The translations under genes were made by a program, and so were the position numbers. Source: Candidatus Altimarinota bacterium (GTDB taxonomy: Bacteria; Patescibacteriota; Gracilibacteria; 1-14-2-50-48-13). Taken from it: DNA of 64,000 nucleotides. The notes below the pieces were generated by a model, which saw only the letters and a list, made by a program, of their open reading frames with translations, ran no database searches and was not told the DNA's origin. The stretch is from assembly GCA_046314355.1 (NCBI GenBank), contig JBKBWQ010000001.1, positions 288,001 through 352,000 of the forward strand, in the 5' to 3' direction. Below are positions 11,335-21,426 of the stretch, one piece after another (the first letter of the stretch is position 1; every line of letters begins with the position of its first letter).

Positions 11335-11336
11335 AA

Positions 11337-11933
11337 TTATTTTTTCCCTAATCCGACAAGATACACTTCACGGCTTGAATCCCTGCATGCGTCGGGTTTT
11401 ACAATACGGACTTCCCGGTAATTTTTCTTCATTCTCCAAACGAAGCTGTCAAATTCACTGCCTTGAAATATTTTTATAAGACATGCACCGCCTTTCACTA
11501 AAAAATCTTTTGCCCATAGGAGTACTTCTTCTGAAAGCTCAATACTTCTCCAATGATCTATATCTTTTATTCCTGAAGTCTTAGGAGCAAGATCACTTAC
11601 AATAATATCGAAAGGCAAAGGATGAAGTAGCTTTACATCTTCTTTTATCTTTTCAGACGTAATATCACCTACCATAGTCTCCACTGTTGCACTGCTTAAA
11701 TCTTTGATGGGTGTAAGATCAATTCCAAGAAGATAGCCATCATCACCAATCTTCTTCTTTGTATACTGCATAAAGCTCCCTGGTGCTGCGCCTAGGTCAA
11801 GCACATGCATATGAGGTTTTATGAGATGAAAACGCTCATCTATTTCATCAAGCTTAAAGTAGGATCTAGCTCTGAGTCCTTGCTCTTTTGCTTTCTTAAA
11901 GTATTTATCTTGGGTATTCCAGGTTTTAGGCAT
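11337..11933 (-). CDS. rlmE: 23S rRNA Um2552 methyltransferase (FtsJ)
   Basis: RARSYFKLDEI, DLGAAPGS, SDLAP, SREVY. Confidence 0.95.
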   Translation of the reverse strand: MPKTWNTQDKYFKKAKEQGLRARSYFKLDEIDERFHLIKPHMHVLDLGAAPGSFMQYTKKKIGDDGYLLGIDLTPIKDLSSATVETMVGDITSEKIKEDVKLLHPLPFDIIVSDLAPKTSGIKDIDHWRSIELSEEVLLWAKDFLVKGGACLIKIFQGSEFDSFVWRMKKNYREVRIVKPDACRDSSREVYLVGLGKK

Positions 11934-11939
11934 AGATTT

Positions 11940-12659
11940 TTAAGATAATGGTTGGTCTTTAGGTGTACCTATTTTTCTAGGATAGATACTAGGAGTAGAT
12001 GCAGTTTTCTTTACATGGGCAATATAGCGTTCACCATAAGCTTCTGGAAGTGCGTATGAATGGATAGATTCAAGTGTACCTCCAAGTATTTGTAATACAG
12101 AAGTGGAACTCTCTACATCTGCACGCTGCTGATCACTGATATATACAGACATTGTACCATCTTTTTTTACAAGTGGGAGGCAATATTCTGCAAGCGTATT
12201 CCAGTGTGCAAGAGCCTTTGCTGTAACAAGATCAAATTTTTCTCTAAAAAGTATGTGCTGTCCGGCTTCTTCTACACGAATATGAGCTGTTTTTACATTT
12301 GTGATTTTAAATTCTGTACAAATATCATCAATAAGCTGTAGTTTTTTATTTACACTATCTATAAGTACAAAATGAGATTCAGGATAAAGAATAGCAAGAG
12401 GAATGCCTGGAAATCCTCCTCCTGTACCAAGATCAGCGATATGTGCATCTTTATTTAAAATAATTTTATCCTCAAGCGCGGGCAGAATACAATCAAGTAT
12501 GTTGAGGTAGTAAAAAGTCTCTGGAGTTTTATGTCCTGTGAAATTAAACTTCTCTACTTGAAGAAAATAGTACTCGCAGACTTTTCTGAGAAGTATCAGT
12601 CTTTCTTCCTTTAGAAAAGGATAGTCTTTTGAAAGTGTTTTAAAAAATGTATCAAACAT
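11940..12659 (-). CDS. rsmG: 16S rRNA m7G527 methyltransferase
   Basis: DLGTGGGFPGIPLAI; C-terminal TPSIYPRKIGTP. Confidence 0.95.
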   Translation of the reverse strand: MFDTFFKTLSKDYPFLKEERLILLRKVCEYYFLQVEKFNFTGHKTPETFYYLNILDCILPALEDKIILNKDAHIADLGTGGGFPGIPLAILYPESHFVLIDSVNKKLQLIDDICTEFKITNVKTAHIRVEEAGQHILFREKFDLVTAKALAHWNTLAEYCLPLVKKDGTMSVYISDQQRADVESSTSVLQILGGTLESIHSYALPEAYGERYIAHVKKTASTPSIYPRKIGTPKDQPLS

Positions 12660-12747
12660 GTAGAAAATTTAAAATTCATAATTCGTATTTCTCTTGATAT
12701 TGGTCCATGGTATAGTACCTTGTACACACTATTTACAAAAGAGAATT

Positions 12748-14700
12748 ATGCAAAAATTTGAACTTGTATCAAAATATAAGCCCGCCGGAAGTCAGCCGGA
12801 CGCTATAGAATTGATTATTAAAAATATTAATAATAAAGTTGAAGCTCAAACCTTACTGGGTATTACAGGATCTGGTAAGACTTTCACTATGGCAAATGTT
12901 ATTGTTGATCAGCAAAGACCAACTTTGATTATTGCCCATAATAAGACCCTTGCAGCTCAGCTTGCCGCAGAATTCAAGGAGTTTTTTCCTAATAATGCGG
13001 TCCATTATTTCGTATCTTATTATGACTACTATCAGCCGGAAGCATATGTAGCTAAGACAGATACTTTTATCGAGAAGGATGCTGCCATCAATGAAGAAAT
13101 AGAAAAATTCAGACATGCTGCCACCGTAAGTCTTTTGACAAGAAGAGATGTAATCATTGTTGCATCAGTATCATGTATCTATGGTATTGGAGACATTAAA
13201 GATTATGAAGCACTATCCTTTGAACTAGAGGTAGGTGCCCACTATCAGAGAGATGAGCTGCTAAAGCAGTTTGTATCGCTGCAGTATAAAAGAAGTAAAA
13301 TCGAATTCAAACGGGGAATGTTTCACGTACTCGGAGATCTTGTGGAGCTTTTTCCGCCAAACTCAGATACCATCTACCGAATGGAGTTTTTTGATGATGA
13401 ATTAGAAAGAATGTATGAAACAGATCCTATTACGGGAGAAATATTTCAGGAATTTAAAACGCTCAGAATATTTCCTGCAAATCACTATGCCACTCCTCCA
13501 AGCCGTGTGGAAGAAATAATTCCTCTTATAAAAGAAGAGTTGGAAATGCAGGTCAAGAATTTTCAGGATCAGGGCAAGATCATGGAAGCGGCGAGAATCC
13601 GCCAAAGGACTGAATACGATATTGAGATGCTCAAGGAAATGGGATTTACACAGGGTATTGAAAATTATTCTAGATATCTTTCAGGTAGAGAGCCGGGATC
13701 AGCTGCCACTACACTGATCGATTATTTTCCAAAGGATTTCTTAACTTTTGTAGATGAGTCTCATATTACGATTCCTCAGATAGGAGGAATGTATAATGGT
13801 GACAGAGCAAGAAAAGAGAACCTCGTAAACTACGGATTCAGACTCCCAAGTGCCCTGGATAATAGACCTTTGAAATTTAATGAATTTGAAGAAAGAATCA
13901 GACAACATGTGTTTGTATCCGCAACACCGGGTAAGTATGAAAAACTTGTAGCTCCTGATTTTGTTATTGAGCAGATTATTCGTCCAACAGGGCTTTTGGA
14001 TCCAGAGATTGAAGTGAAGCCGACAAAAGGAATGGTTGATGATCTTTTGATTGAGATACGGAAAGTAATAGCAAAAAATGAAAAGGTTCTAGTTACTACT
14101 TTAACAAAGAGAAATGCTGAAGACCTCACAGATTACTTTCAGGAACAGGATTTTAAAGTAAAATATCTGCATTCCGACATTGATACCATTGAACGAATAG
14201 AAATATTAAGAGAACTTCGTACGGGAGTAATAGATATTATTGTAGGTATCAATCTGCTTCGAGAAGGTCTCGACCTGCCAGAGGTATCTTTAGTTACCAT
14301 CATTGATGCAGATAAAGAAGGTTTCCTCCGCTCGGAAAGTGCCCTTATGCAAACTATAGGACGTGCTGCCCGAAACTCCAATGGACGAGTAATCATGTAC
14401 GCTGATAAAATGACTGGAGCCATGAATGCAGCTATTGCAGAAACTAATAGACGACGTATTCTTCAAATAGAATACAACAAAGAGCACGGCATGACTCCAA
14501 AGACAGTTATTTCTTCCATCAAAGATATCGGACTAGAGGGCAAAAAGAAAAAGTTTGAGATCCCAAATAAGCTCTCGTCTAAAGAGAAGAAAAGACTCAT
14601 GGCAAAACTTGAACTTGAAATGGACTTTCATGCAGCAAATCTTGAATTTGAAAAAGCTGCTGAATTAAGAGATCAGATAGAGACGCTTAAGAGTTTGTAG
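12748..14700 (+). CDS. uvrB: Excinuclease ABC subunit B
   Basis: GITGSGKTFT, YYDYYQPEAY, DESH, INLLREGLDLPEV; start at MQKFEL. Confidence 0.98.
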   Translation: MQKFELVSKYKPAGSQPDAIELIIKNINNKVEAQTLLGITGSGKTFTMANVIVDQQRPTLIIAHNKTLAAQLAAEFKEFFPNNAVHYFVSYYDYYQPEAYVAKTDTFIEKDAAINEEIEKFRHAATVSLLTRRDVIIVASVSCIYGIGDIKDYEALSFELEVGAHYQRDELLKQFVSLQYKRSKIEFKRGMFHVLGDLVELFPPNSDTIYRMEFFDDELERMYETDPITGEIFQEFKTLRIFPANHYATPPSRVEEIIPLIKEELEMQVKNFQDQGKIMEAARIRQRTEYDIEMLKEMGFTQGIENYSRYLSGREPGSAATTLIDYFPKDFLTFVDESHITIPQIGGMYNGDRARKENLVNYGFRLPSALDNRPLKFNEFEERIRQHVFVSATPGKYEKLVAPDFVIEQIIRPTGLLDPEIEVKPTKGMVDDLLIEIRKVIAKNEKVLVTTLTKRNAEDLTDYFQEQDFKVKYLHSDIDTIERIEILRELRTGVIDIIVGINLLREGLDLPEVSLVTIIDADKEGFLRSESALMQTIGRAARNSNGRVIMYADKMTGAMNAAIAETNRRRILQIEYNKEHGMTPKTVISSIKDIGLEGKKKKFEIPNKLSSKEKKRLMAKLELEMDFHAANLEFEKAAELRDQIETLKSL

Positions 14701-14710
14701 GAAAGAATCA

Positions 14711-14785
14711 AATAATTAGGGCTGCAATAATTGGACTCAATAATTGAGCTCAATTATTTGAGTCATAATTATGAGTTATAATTAC
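14711..14785. repeat. Palindromic TAATT-based intergenic element, copy 1
   Basis: Units of ~13 nt; core palindrome TAATTGAGCTCAATTA at 14741-14756; 43/46 match to the reverse complement of 38528-38572. Confidence 0.8.
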
Positions 14786-14797
14786 TAAATTACTTTC

Positions 14798-15889
14798 TTA
14801 CTCTTTTACTTTCATAAAACTTCCTAAGGCCACAGCAGAGATCAATATCATAATCAGCATTCCTATTACTGGAATCTGAAGAATCAGAGTAGTTACTAGC
14901 GAGCCCGCTAGAGCTATCAGTAAGACATAGTGTCTGTCAGTCGTGTCTTTCGTCAGAAGCAGTGTGCCAAGATACATAGCTGCGAGGAGAGGGCTAATAC
15001 AGACAGCAGCTAGGTATAAGAAGAAAAGAGCTATAATCAATGGGAATCCTACTACTGTAAAAACTAGGATTAAAAAGAGAACAGGTATCAGTATTCCACC
15101 AAGAAATCCTTTCACAAAGGATGATAAGGTCTGAGTTTTCATAATCTCTACTTGTCTCAGTAATATTCCTGGAAAAAACCAGCTGCAAAGTGTAAGAGCA
15201 AGAAATAGCGATATAAATATTGAAAGGGCATTCATCACACGATCCCAAGTAGTAATCTCGGTACCTTGAACTTCATTCTTTTGGATTTTTCCTTCAACAG
15301 TGCCAGGTTTTACCTCCACTTGAGAATTTGCAGCATAAGAAAAATCTTTTTTGACTTTAAAAGTATCTCCAAGCTTTAGGATTGAAGATTCCACTACAAC
15401 ATTTCCATTCTGTACTCCGCCTAATGTAAGATCAGAGGTCTTTATTTCTAAGGATTTTTCACTACTGCCGTTAAAGATTGTATTAGCAGAAAATATCATA
15501 GTATGGCCTGAAGATGTTGCTCCATCGTCCACCACAATACTCCCTCCAGTAAGAAGCAGATCTTCACCCACATGTGAACTTTTTATATGTATCTCTCCTG
15601 CAGCAATCCGTACATCACCTAAGATAGGAGCATTTATTTCTACACTTCGAGCTGCTATCTGTAAATCTCCATTGATGAGCGCATTTATAATCACGTCTCC
15701 TGCAAATATCATCACATCTTTAGGAGCAGGAGAAGTAAGAGTGACTTGTTCCGCAAATAAATATAAATTTTCATTTTCTAATTTTTCGCCTGTCCCAGTC
15801 TGGGCATAGGTAAAACTGGGCATAAAAAGTCCCCCTGCTATAAGTAAAGCAAAGGTAAGTAACATGATCCGCTTGAAATACTTAGTCAC
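14798..15889 (-). CDS. Membrane protein with bactofilin-like beta-helix repeats and C-terminal TM helices
   Basis: Signal/TM segment, repeated (G)DVxIxAG..I units, about five C-terminal hydrophobic helices. Confidence 0.7.
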   Translation of the reverse strand: MTKYFKRIMLLTFALLIAGGLFMPSFTYAQTGTGEKLENENLYLFAEQVTLTSPAPKDVMIFAGDVIINALINGDLQIAARSVEINAPILGDVRIAAGEIHIKSSHVGEDLLLTGGSIVVDDGATSSGHTMIFSANTIFNGSSEKSLEIKTSDLTLGGVQNGNVVVESSILKLGDTFKVKKDFSYAANSQVEVKPGTVEGKIQKNEVQGTEITTWDRVMNALSIFISLFLALTLCSWFFPGILLRQVEIMKTQTLSSFVKGFLGGILIPVLFLILVFTVVGFPLIIALFFLYLAAVCISPLLAAMYLGTLLLTKDTTDRHYVLLIALAGSLVTTLILQIPVIGMLIMILISAVALGSFMKVKE

Positions 15890-15933
15890 AGAGCAGTGAA
15901 TTTAATAAATATATAACTTTTTATAAAAAAGTC

Positions 15934-15962
15934 TTGATGGTGATAATTAAATCACCTATAGT
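15934..15962 (+). promoter_or_regulatory. Promoter with a palindrome in the spacer
   Basis: TTGATG-17bp-TATAGT; GGTGAT-AATTAA-ATCACC lies across the spacer. Confidence 0.5.
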
Positions 15963-16013
15963 AATTTTGTACTTAAAGCAGAGAGTACTTTCACCTACTG
16001 ATTCAACACAATT

Positions 16014-16445
16014 ATGATTACTATCACAACACAGGCAAAATTTGACGCTTTATTTGCAGCCGTTCTCTTAAAAAGAATACTCGTTTCAAATGCTGCAAAA
16101 ATTGTACTGGAATCAGATGCAATTTCAAGCAAATTATCCCTTGATATAAATAGTTATTCTCTTGAGAATCTTGTTCATGAGTATGAGAGAAAATTTGAAA
16201 AAATTGATATTATGCATAGCGGTACAGGTGAATGGCATACCTTTCAAGAAAGCATCCAGCAGTACTGCGGCGAATCAAATGAAAACCAGGATCTGACTTT
16301 TCTTATTAATGCTCTAGAGCAGATAATTACTGAGAAGGGACAGAGACAAGTTACTCTAGCAAAAGATTTACAGAAAAAACTGCTTCACAAAAATAAACTA
16401 CAATATGGACTCTCACTTCTCCCATTACAATTCGCCGCAAGATAA
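16014..16445 (+). CDS. Hypothetical protein
   Basis: 143-aa ORF with its own promoter and terminator. Confidence 0.7.
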   Translation: MITITTQAKFDALFAAVLLKRILVSNAAKIVLESDAISSKLSLDINSYSLENLVHEYERKFEKIDIMHSGTGEWHTFQESIQQYCGESNENQDLTFLINALEQIITEKGQRQVTLAKDLQKKLLHKNKLQYGLSLLPLQFAAR

Positions 16446-16482
16446 ATAAAAAGTCGGATCATACTCCGGCTTTTTATTTATC
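16441..16482 (+). terminator. Intrinsic terminator
   Basis: TAAATAAAAAGTCGGA-TCATAC-TCCGGCTTTTTATTTA. Confidence 0.8.
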
Positions 16483-16536
16483 TGTTGATGTTTATCAAAA
16501 TTTTTCTACCATAGGATCATCTATTAAAACACTTTT

Positions 16537-17445
16537 ATGACTAGGGAGGAAATAGCACAAATAGTAAAATCTACTGCCGCGGAAGTGGGATTTGATCTTT
16601 GCGGTATTACAAAGGCTGAAGTAGTACCGGAAGCCCAAGCCCGTTTTGTCGACTGGATTAAAAAAGGTTATCACGCAGATATGAAGTATCTTGAAAATAT
16701 TGAAAGACGAACCAATCCTCTGGAAGTAATGAATAAGGCAAAATCACTCATTATGCTCGCTGTTAACTACTACTCTCAGGAGAAAGAGGAAGAAGAGAGT
16801 ATGAAAGTTGCAAGATATGCAAGAGGCAGAGACTACCATAAGTATATTGGTAATCTGCTAAAGCAGTTTACTAGAAAACTCAAAGAACAGTTCCCGGAAG
16901 AAGAGTTCAGATTTTATGTAGATTACGGTCCTTTTTTAGAAAGAACATATGCTGAACTCGCAGGCATAGGTTTTATAGGCAAGAACGGCAATATAATTAC
17001 TGACAAATTTGGAAGCTGGGTACTGCTGGCAGAAGTCATCACATCTCTTGAGATGGAGTATGATACTCCTAGTGTAAGAAAATGCGGCACCTGCACAAAG
17101 TGTCTTACATCATGTCCCACAGATGCCTTTGTGTCAGAAGGAGTTCTCGATGCGAAAAGATGTATTTCGTATTATACTATTGAAAGTAAAGCAGATACGA
17201 TTCCTGAAGATATAAAAGAAAAAATGAAAGGCTGGGCATTCGGTTGTGATATCTGCCAGGAAGTCTGTCCATTTAATAATAGACTGAGAAACAAGGAAAC
17301 AGAGCACTCTGATTTAAAACCTAGATACGCCTCTCTACATGAAAAAATGGATGCACTTGAATCTGATGAGAATTTTCTTGAAACCTTTCAGGGAACGCCT
17401 CTCATGAGAGCAAAAAGAAAAGGCATAAAAAGAAATATCACTTAA
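16537..17445 (+). CDS. queG: Epoxyqueuosine reductase
   Basis: YARGRDYH, CGTCTKCLTSCPT, GCDICQEVCPFN. Confidence 0.95.
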   Translation: MTREEIAQIVKSTAAEVGFDLCGITKAEVVPEAQARFVDWIKKGYHADMKYLENIERRTNPLEVMNKAKSLIMLAVNYYSQEKEEEESMKVARYARGRDYHKYIGNLLKQFTRKLKEQFPEEEFRFYVDYGPFLERTYAELAGIGFIGKNGNIITDKFGSWVLLAEVITSLEMEYDTPSVRKCGTCTKCLTSCPTDAFVSEGVLDAKRCISYYTIESKADTIPEDIKEKMKGWAFGCDICQEVCPFNNRLRNKETEHSDLKPRYASLHEKMDALESDENFLETFQGTPLMRAKRKGIKRNIT

Positions 17446-17536
17446 AGTAACTTTTATGGCAAATAAACATATCTATTTGCCTATATTTATTGGATGAATA
17501 TACTAAGATGGATTGAAAATTTACCGTCTATAGAGA

Positions 17537-18454
17537 ATGAACTCCAATTTAGAACTTCCAAACACCTCCATTGAAGATCAAGTGTCATTAACACATTCTT
17601 ATTTTTTGTTGGGAATGCTCTTTGAAAAAGTAAGAAATGAACCAATCTACACGCAGGTACATCCATTATTTCTTCTTCACACTGCTTATACTCTTCAAAA
17701 AGAATACAGTGAGGCACCAGAAATATTAAACATCTGGAAATACCTTGTAGGCATAAATATACCTCAACTAAAAGAACTGAAAAAAATTCAGGAGCTGTTT
17801 TGTATAATTGCTGCAATGCAGGATATAAGTCAAAGTGACGGACATATTACGGCGAAGTTCTTAGAAAAATACTTCGCCAATTATCTAGGGAAAAATATAA
17901 GTAAAATTCAGAATATCTCAGTATCCCTTAAAAAGGAAACCCATGAAGTGGTGCTGAGCAAAATTATTTTTGAGATAAATAACCTCGTTTCATCACAAAA
18001 AGTACTTCAAAAATATCCCTTGATAGTGCGTCTGATTTCAAACGCCGCAATCTCAGTCAATGGCTTACTCCCTTATCCTTATCTTAATATAGACTTTTCT
18101 GAAGATCAGGAGCTTGTTGGGATAAGTAATAAAAGTGTTACAAAAGCACTTGAAAAATGTATGAGAGAGTTTGACCAGTTAAAGAACATGCATTCAATGC
18201 ATTTAAAAAGGATTGCAACCTTAGGAAGAGTAAGCGGATCTGCAGAAAAACTCTACACTTATCTTTTGAAAAAACCTGTAGTGACGACTAAAGATGTACA
18301 GTCCATCTTAGGTATTGCAAAACCAAATGCCCTTCTGATGATAGACCGTTTTATTGAAATTGGTATTTTATGCCAGATGAGTACTGGAGAAAGAAACCGT
18401 ATCTATGGTCACTATGATCTACTAAAAATATTTGATCTGAATCAAATAAAATAA
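17537..18454 (+). CDS. Degenerate Fic-family-like protein with C-terminal winged HTH
   Basis: C-terminus KPVVTTKDVQSILG..GIL.QMSTGERNRIYG matches the Fic-HTH tail; the HPFxDGNGR motif is absent. Confidence 0.55.
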   Translation: MNSNLELPNTSIEDQVSLTHSYFLLGMLFEKVRNEPIYTQVHPLFLLHTAYTLQKEYSEAPEILNIWKYLVGINIPQLKELKKIQELFCIIAAMQDISQSDGHITAKFLEKYFANYLGKNISKIQNISVSLKKETHEVVLSKIIFEINNLVSSQKVLQKYPLIVRLISNAAISVNGLLPYPYLNIDFSEDQELVGISNKSVTKALEKCMREFDQLKNMHSMHLKRIATLGRVSGSAEKLYTYLLKKPVVTTKDVQSILGIAKPNALLMIDRFIEIGILCQMSTGERNRIYGHYDLLKIFDLNQIK

Positions 18455-18543
18455 AAATTGAGTCTCATTATGTAAGCATCCCGTTGCTATTTAGATATCT
18501 TTTCTATAGAATATCCAGCGTTATATTATAAAAAAAATGACAC

Positions 18544-20028
18544 GTGAATCCTACAATTTCTCTACAACTTGAAAAGGACTATAAGCCGCAGAAACAGCAA
18601 GGTATAGTCGTATTTCTTTTTTCAAATTTTGATATATCAGATGTTCCAGCATCCTTCCAGAAATACTTTGACGCATTAATTGATCAGAAATTTAAGGCGG
18701 AGAGTGACTCCAGCAGCGTTTTTAACGATGGCATGCAGCAAACAACATTCATAGGATGCGGAGATAAAAAAGATTTTCATATATCAGACATTCATGAACA
18801 GCTCGGAAATACACTTCGAGCAGCTGGTAAAAAATATGCAAAAGTTATGGTATATGCAGATGCTTTACTAAAAAATACCTCTGCAGAAGCTGCTCTCAAA
18901 GAGATAATTCTCACTGCAGAACTCTCACTTTATACATTTGATAAGTATAAATCAGAAGCTTCAAAGAAAGAAAATATTGAGCAAAAGGAAGTGGTCATAC
19001 TACTCACAAACATCGAAGAAAAATTCAGAAAAATTCAGGAAGAAACACTAATACTTTCTGAAGGAATTAAGTTTACAAGAGATATCTGTAACGAACCACC
19101 AAATGTGGCAACTCCAATGTATCTCGCTTACCATATGAAAGCCGACACTGCGGATACCCCTTATACAATAGAAATCTTCGACGATAAAAAAATACAAGAA
19201 ATGGGAATGAATCTTGTATATGCTGTAGGAAAGGGAAGTACGAAACCATCGTACTTTATCAAACTATCCTACTTCGGAGATGCAACAACAAAGGAGTTTA
19301 GAGCACTTGTAGGAAAAGGAGTAGCTTTTGATGCAGGGGGAAATCAGGTAAAACCGGATTTCTCTATGTGCACAATGAAAACAGATATGTCAGGTGCTGC
19401 AGCAGTAATGGGAACTATTCATACAATCGCAAATCTTAAGCTGAAGACAAATGTGATCGGTTATATCCCATTCGTGCAGAACATGCCTGATGGAAACGCC
19501 TTCTGTCCTGATGATGTATATACGGCATTCAATGGAAAAACAGTGGAAATCATACATACTGATGCGGAAGGAAGGCTTATCCTTGCGGATGCGCTTGCGT
19601 ATGCAAGTCTAGAGAATCCTATTGAGATTATTGATCTGGCGACACTTACTGGAGCAGCAATAGTTGCATTAGGCGATGAATTTGGAGCTATTATGGGTAC
19701 TGGAGAAGATCTTAAGAGAGAGCTAAAAGAGATTGGAGATACAATAAATGAAAAATTATGGCCTCTACCTTTTCATAAGGCATATAAAAAACACTTGAAG
19801 AGTAATATTGCAGATCTTGCAAATCTTCCTCAGACCCGTATGACACCAGGAACTATCATTGGAGGAATGTTCTTAAAAGAGTTTGTAGATGAAAAAATCC
19901 CATGGGTACATCTTGATATTGCAGGTACTACACATGTCTCAGCGGATTCTGGTCTAAAATCAGGCAGTTCCACTGGCTTCGGTGTACGACTATTGGTAGA
20001 ATACCTTACGAGCAAACAGAAGGCTTAA
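18544..20028 (+). CDS. pepA: Leucyl aminopeptidase (M17)
   Basis: VGKGVAFDAGG, MKTDMSGAA, HTDAEGRL, DLATLTGA, HLDIAG. Confidence 0.95.
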   Translation: MNPTISLQLEKDYKPQKQQGIVVFLFSNFDISDVPASFQKYFDALIDQKFKAESDSSSVFNDGMQQTTFIGCGDKKDFHISDIHEQLGNTLRAAGKKYAKVMVYADALLKNTSAEAALKEIILTAELSLYTFDKYKSEASKKENIEQKEVVILLTNIEEKFRKIQEETLILSEGIKFTRDICNEPPNVATPMYLAYHMKADTADTPYTIEIFDDKKIQEMGMNLVYAVGKGSTKPSYFIKLSYFGDATTKEFRALVGKGVAFDAGGNQVKPDFSMCTMKTDMSGAAAVMGTIHTIANLKLKTNVIGYIPFVQNMPDGNAFCPDDVYTAFNGKTVEIIHTDAEGRLILADALAYASLENPIEIIDLATLTGAAIVALGDEFGAIMGTGEDLKRELKEIGDTINEKLWPLPFHKAYKKHLKSNIADLANLPQTRMTPGTIIGGMFLKEFVDEKIPWVHLDIAGTTHVSADSGLKSGSSTGFGVRLLVEYLTSKQKA

Positions 20029-20077
20029 GTTTATTAGGCACCAGTCTTTAATTATTGCATTATATTGTTGAACAACG

Positions 20078-21418
20078 ATGGATAATCTCCGAATACCGCC
20101 GCATAGTCAGGAAGCAGAAAAAAGTGTACTTGGTGCCTGTCTTTTAGATAAGGAAGCAATTTTTAAAATTGCAGACCTTCTACAGCCCTCAGACTTTTAT
20201 GAAAGTATGCATTCCGATATATATGAAGGAATGGTAGCTCTTTTTCATACACACAGACCAATCGATGTGATTACTGTTTCAGATTGGCTGAAAGATCACA
20301 ATCTGCTTGATAAAGTCGGAGGTCCTGCCTATATCACACAGCTTTCCTTTGAATGTCCGAGTTCGGCAAATGTATTTCAGTATGCGAATATTGTAAAATC
20401 TAAATCAGTACTGAGAAACCTTTTAAGATGCGGACAGGAAATTACTGCTTATTCCTTTGAAACAGACAAAGAACTGACTGAGGTTCTTGAAAAAGCTGAA
20501 AAAAGCCTCTTCGGAGTTACACAGACCTTTGTTAAGAAAAACTTTGTACATATTAGAGATATCCTTAATAAAAGATATGAGGAGTTTTGTGAGCTTCATG
20601 ATTCAGATGATAAGACAAAGATGCGTGGAATATCATATGGATTTAGTAACCTTGATCATTATACCCAAGGTCTAAAACCTGGAGAGCTTATTATTATTGC
20701 GGCCAGACCATCTATGGGTAAATCTGCATTTGCACTTAATATTGTGCAGAACTTTGCAATTCAGCAGAAAAAGATTGTAGGGTTCTTTTCATTAGAGATG
20801 CCGAAAGAACAGCTAGTAGATCGACTTTTTTCTTCCCATCTGCAAGTAGATGCTTATAAACTGCAGAAAGGTCTTCTTGATGACAGGGACTTTGAAAGAA
20901 TGGGTGAAGCTATGCAGCAGCTCTCAGAAGCTCAGATATTTTTTGATGATACAGGAGGTCTAACCTCCGCAGAGCTAAAATCAAAAGCACGAAGACTACA
21001 AATGGAGCAAGGTATAGATTTGATAGTTATCGACTACCTCCAGCTTATGAGCGGAAATAATCCTCTCAACCGTGTACAGGAAATTTCAGAAATATCACGA
21101 TCCCTCAAGATGCTTGCCTCTGAGCTGCAAGTACCAGTAATTGCACTTTCTCAGTTATCACGAAGCGTAGAGCAGCGTCCAAATAAGCAGCCTCAGCTAT
21201 CTGACCTTCGAGAATCAGGATCAATCGAGCAGGACGCCGATGTAGTACTCATGCTTTACCGTGAATCCTACTATGAACCAGATACGGAACGTCAGGATAG
21301 AGCAGATATCTTCATCAAGAAAAACCGAAATGGTCCTGTAGGACAAATAGAACTTATCTTCAAACTGGAACAAGGGCGATTCATGGTTCCTGAAACACGC
21401 TTTGAGTTTACTGAATAA
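20078..21418 (+). CDS. dnaB: Replicative DNA helicase
   Basis: PPHSQEAE, AARPSMGKS, IDYLQL, LRESGSIEQDAD. Confidence 0.98.
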   Translation: MDNLRIPPHSQEAEKSVLGACLLDKEAIFKIADLLQPSDFYESMHSDIYEGMVALFHTHRPIDVITVSDWLKDHNLLDKVGGPAYITQLSFECPSSANVFQYANIVKSKSVLRNLLRCGQEITAYSFETDKELTEVLEKAEKSLFGVTQTFVKKNFVHIRDILNKRYEEFCELHDSDDKTKMRGISYGFSNLDHYTQGLKPGELIIIAARPSMGKSAFALNIVQNFAIQQKKIVGFFSLEMPKEQLVDRLFSSHLQVDAYKLQKGLLDDRDFERMGEAMQQLSEAQIFFDDTGGLTSAELKSKARRLQMEQGIDLIVIDYLQLMSGNNPLNRVQEISEISRSLKMLASELQVPVIALSQLSRSVEQRPNKQPQLSDLRESGSIEQDADVVLMLYRESYYEPDTERQDRADIFIKKNRNGPVGQIELIFKLEQGRFMVPETRFEFTE

Positions 21419-21426
21419 ATATTACT

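Noticed and set aside
14711-14785. Mini-CRISPR interpretation of the TAATT repeats
   Set aside because: Units are ~13 nt and contiguous, with no unique spacers.
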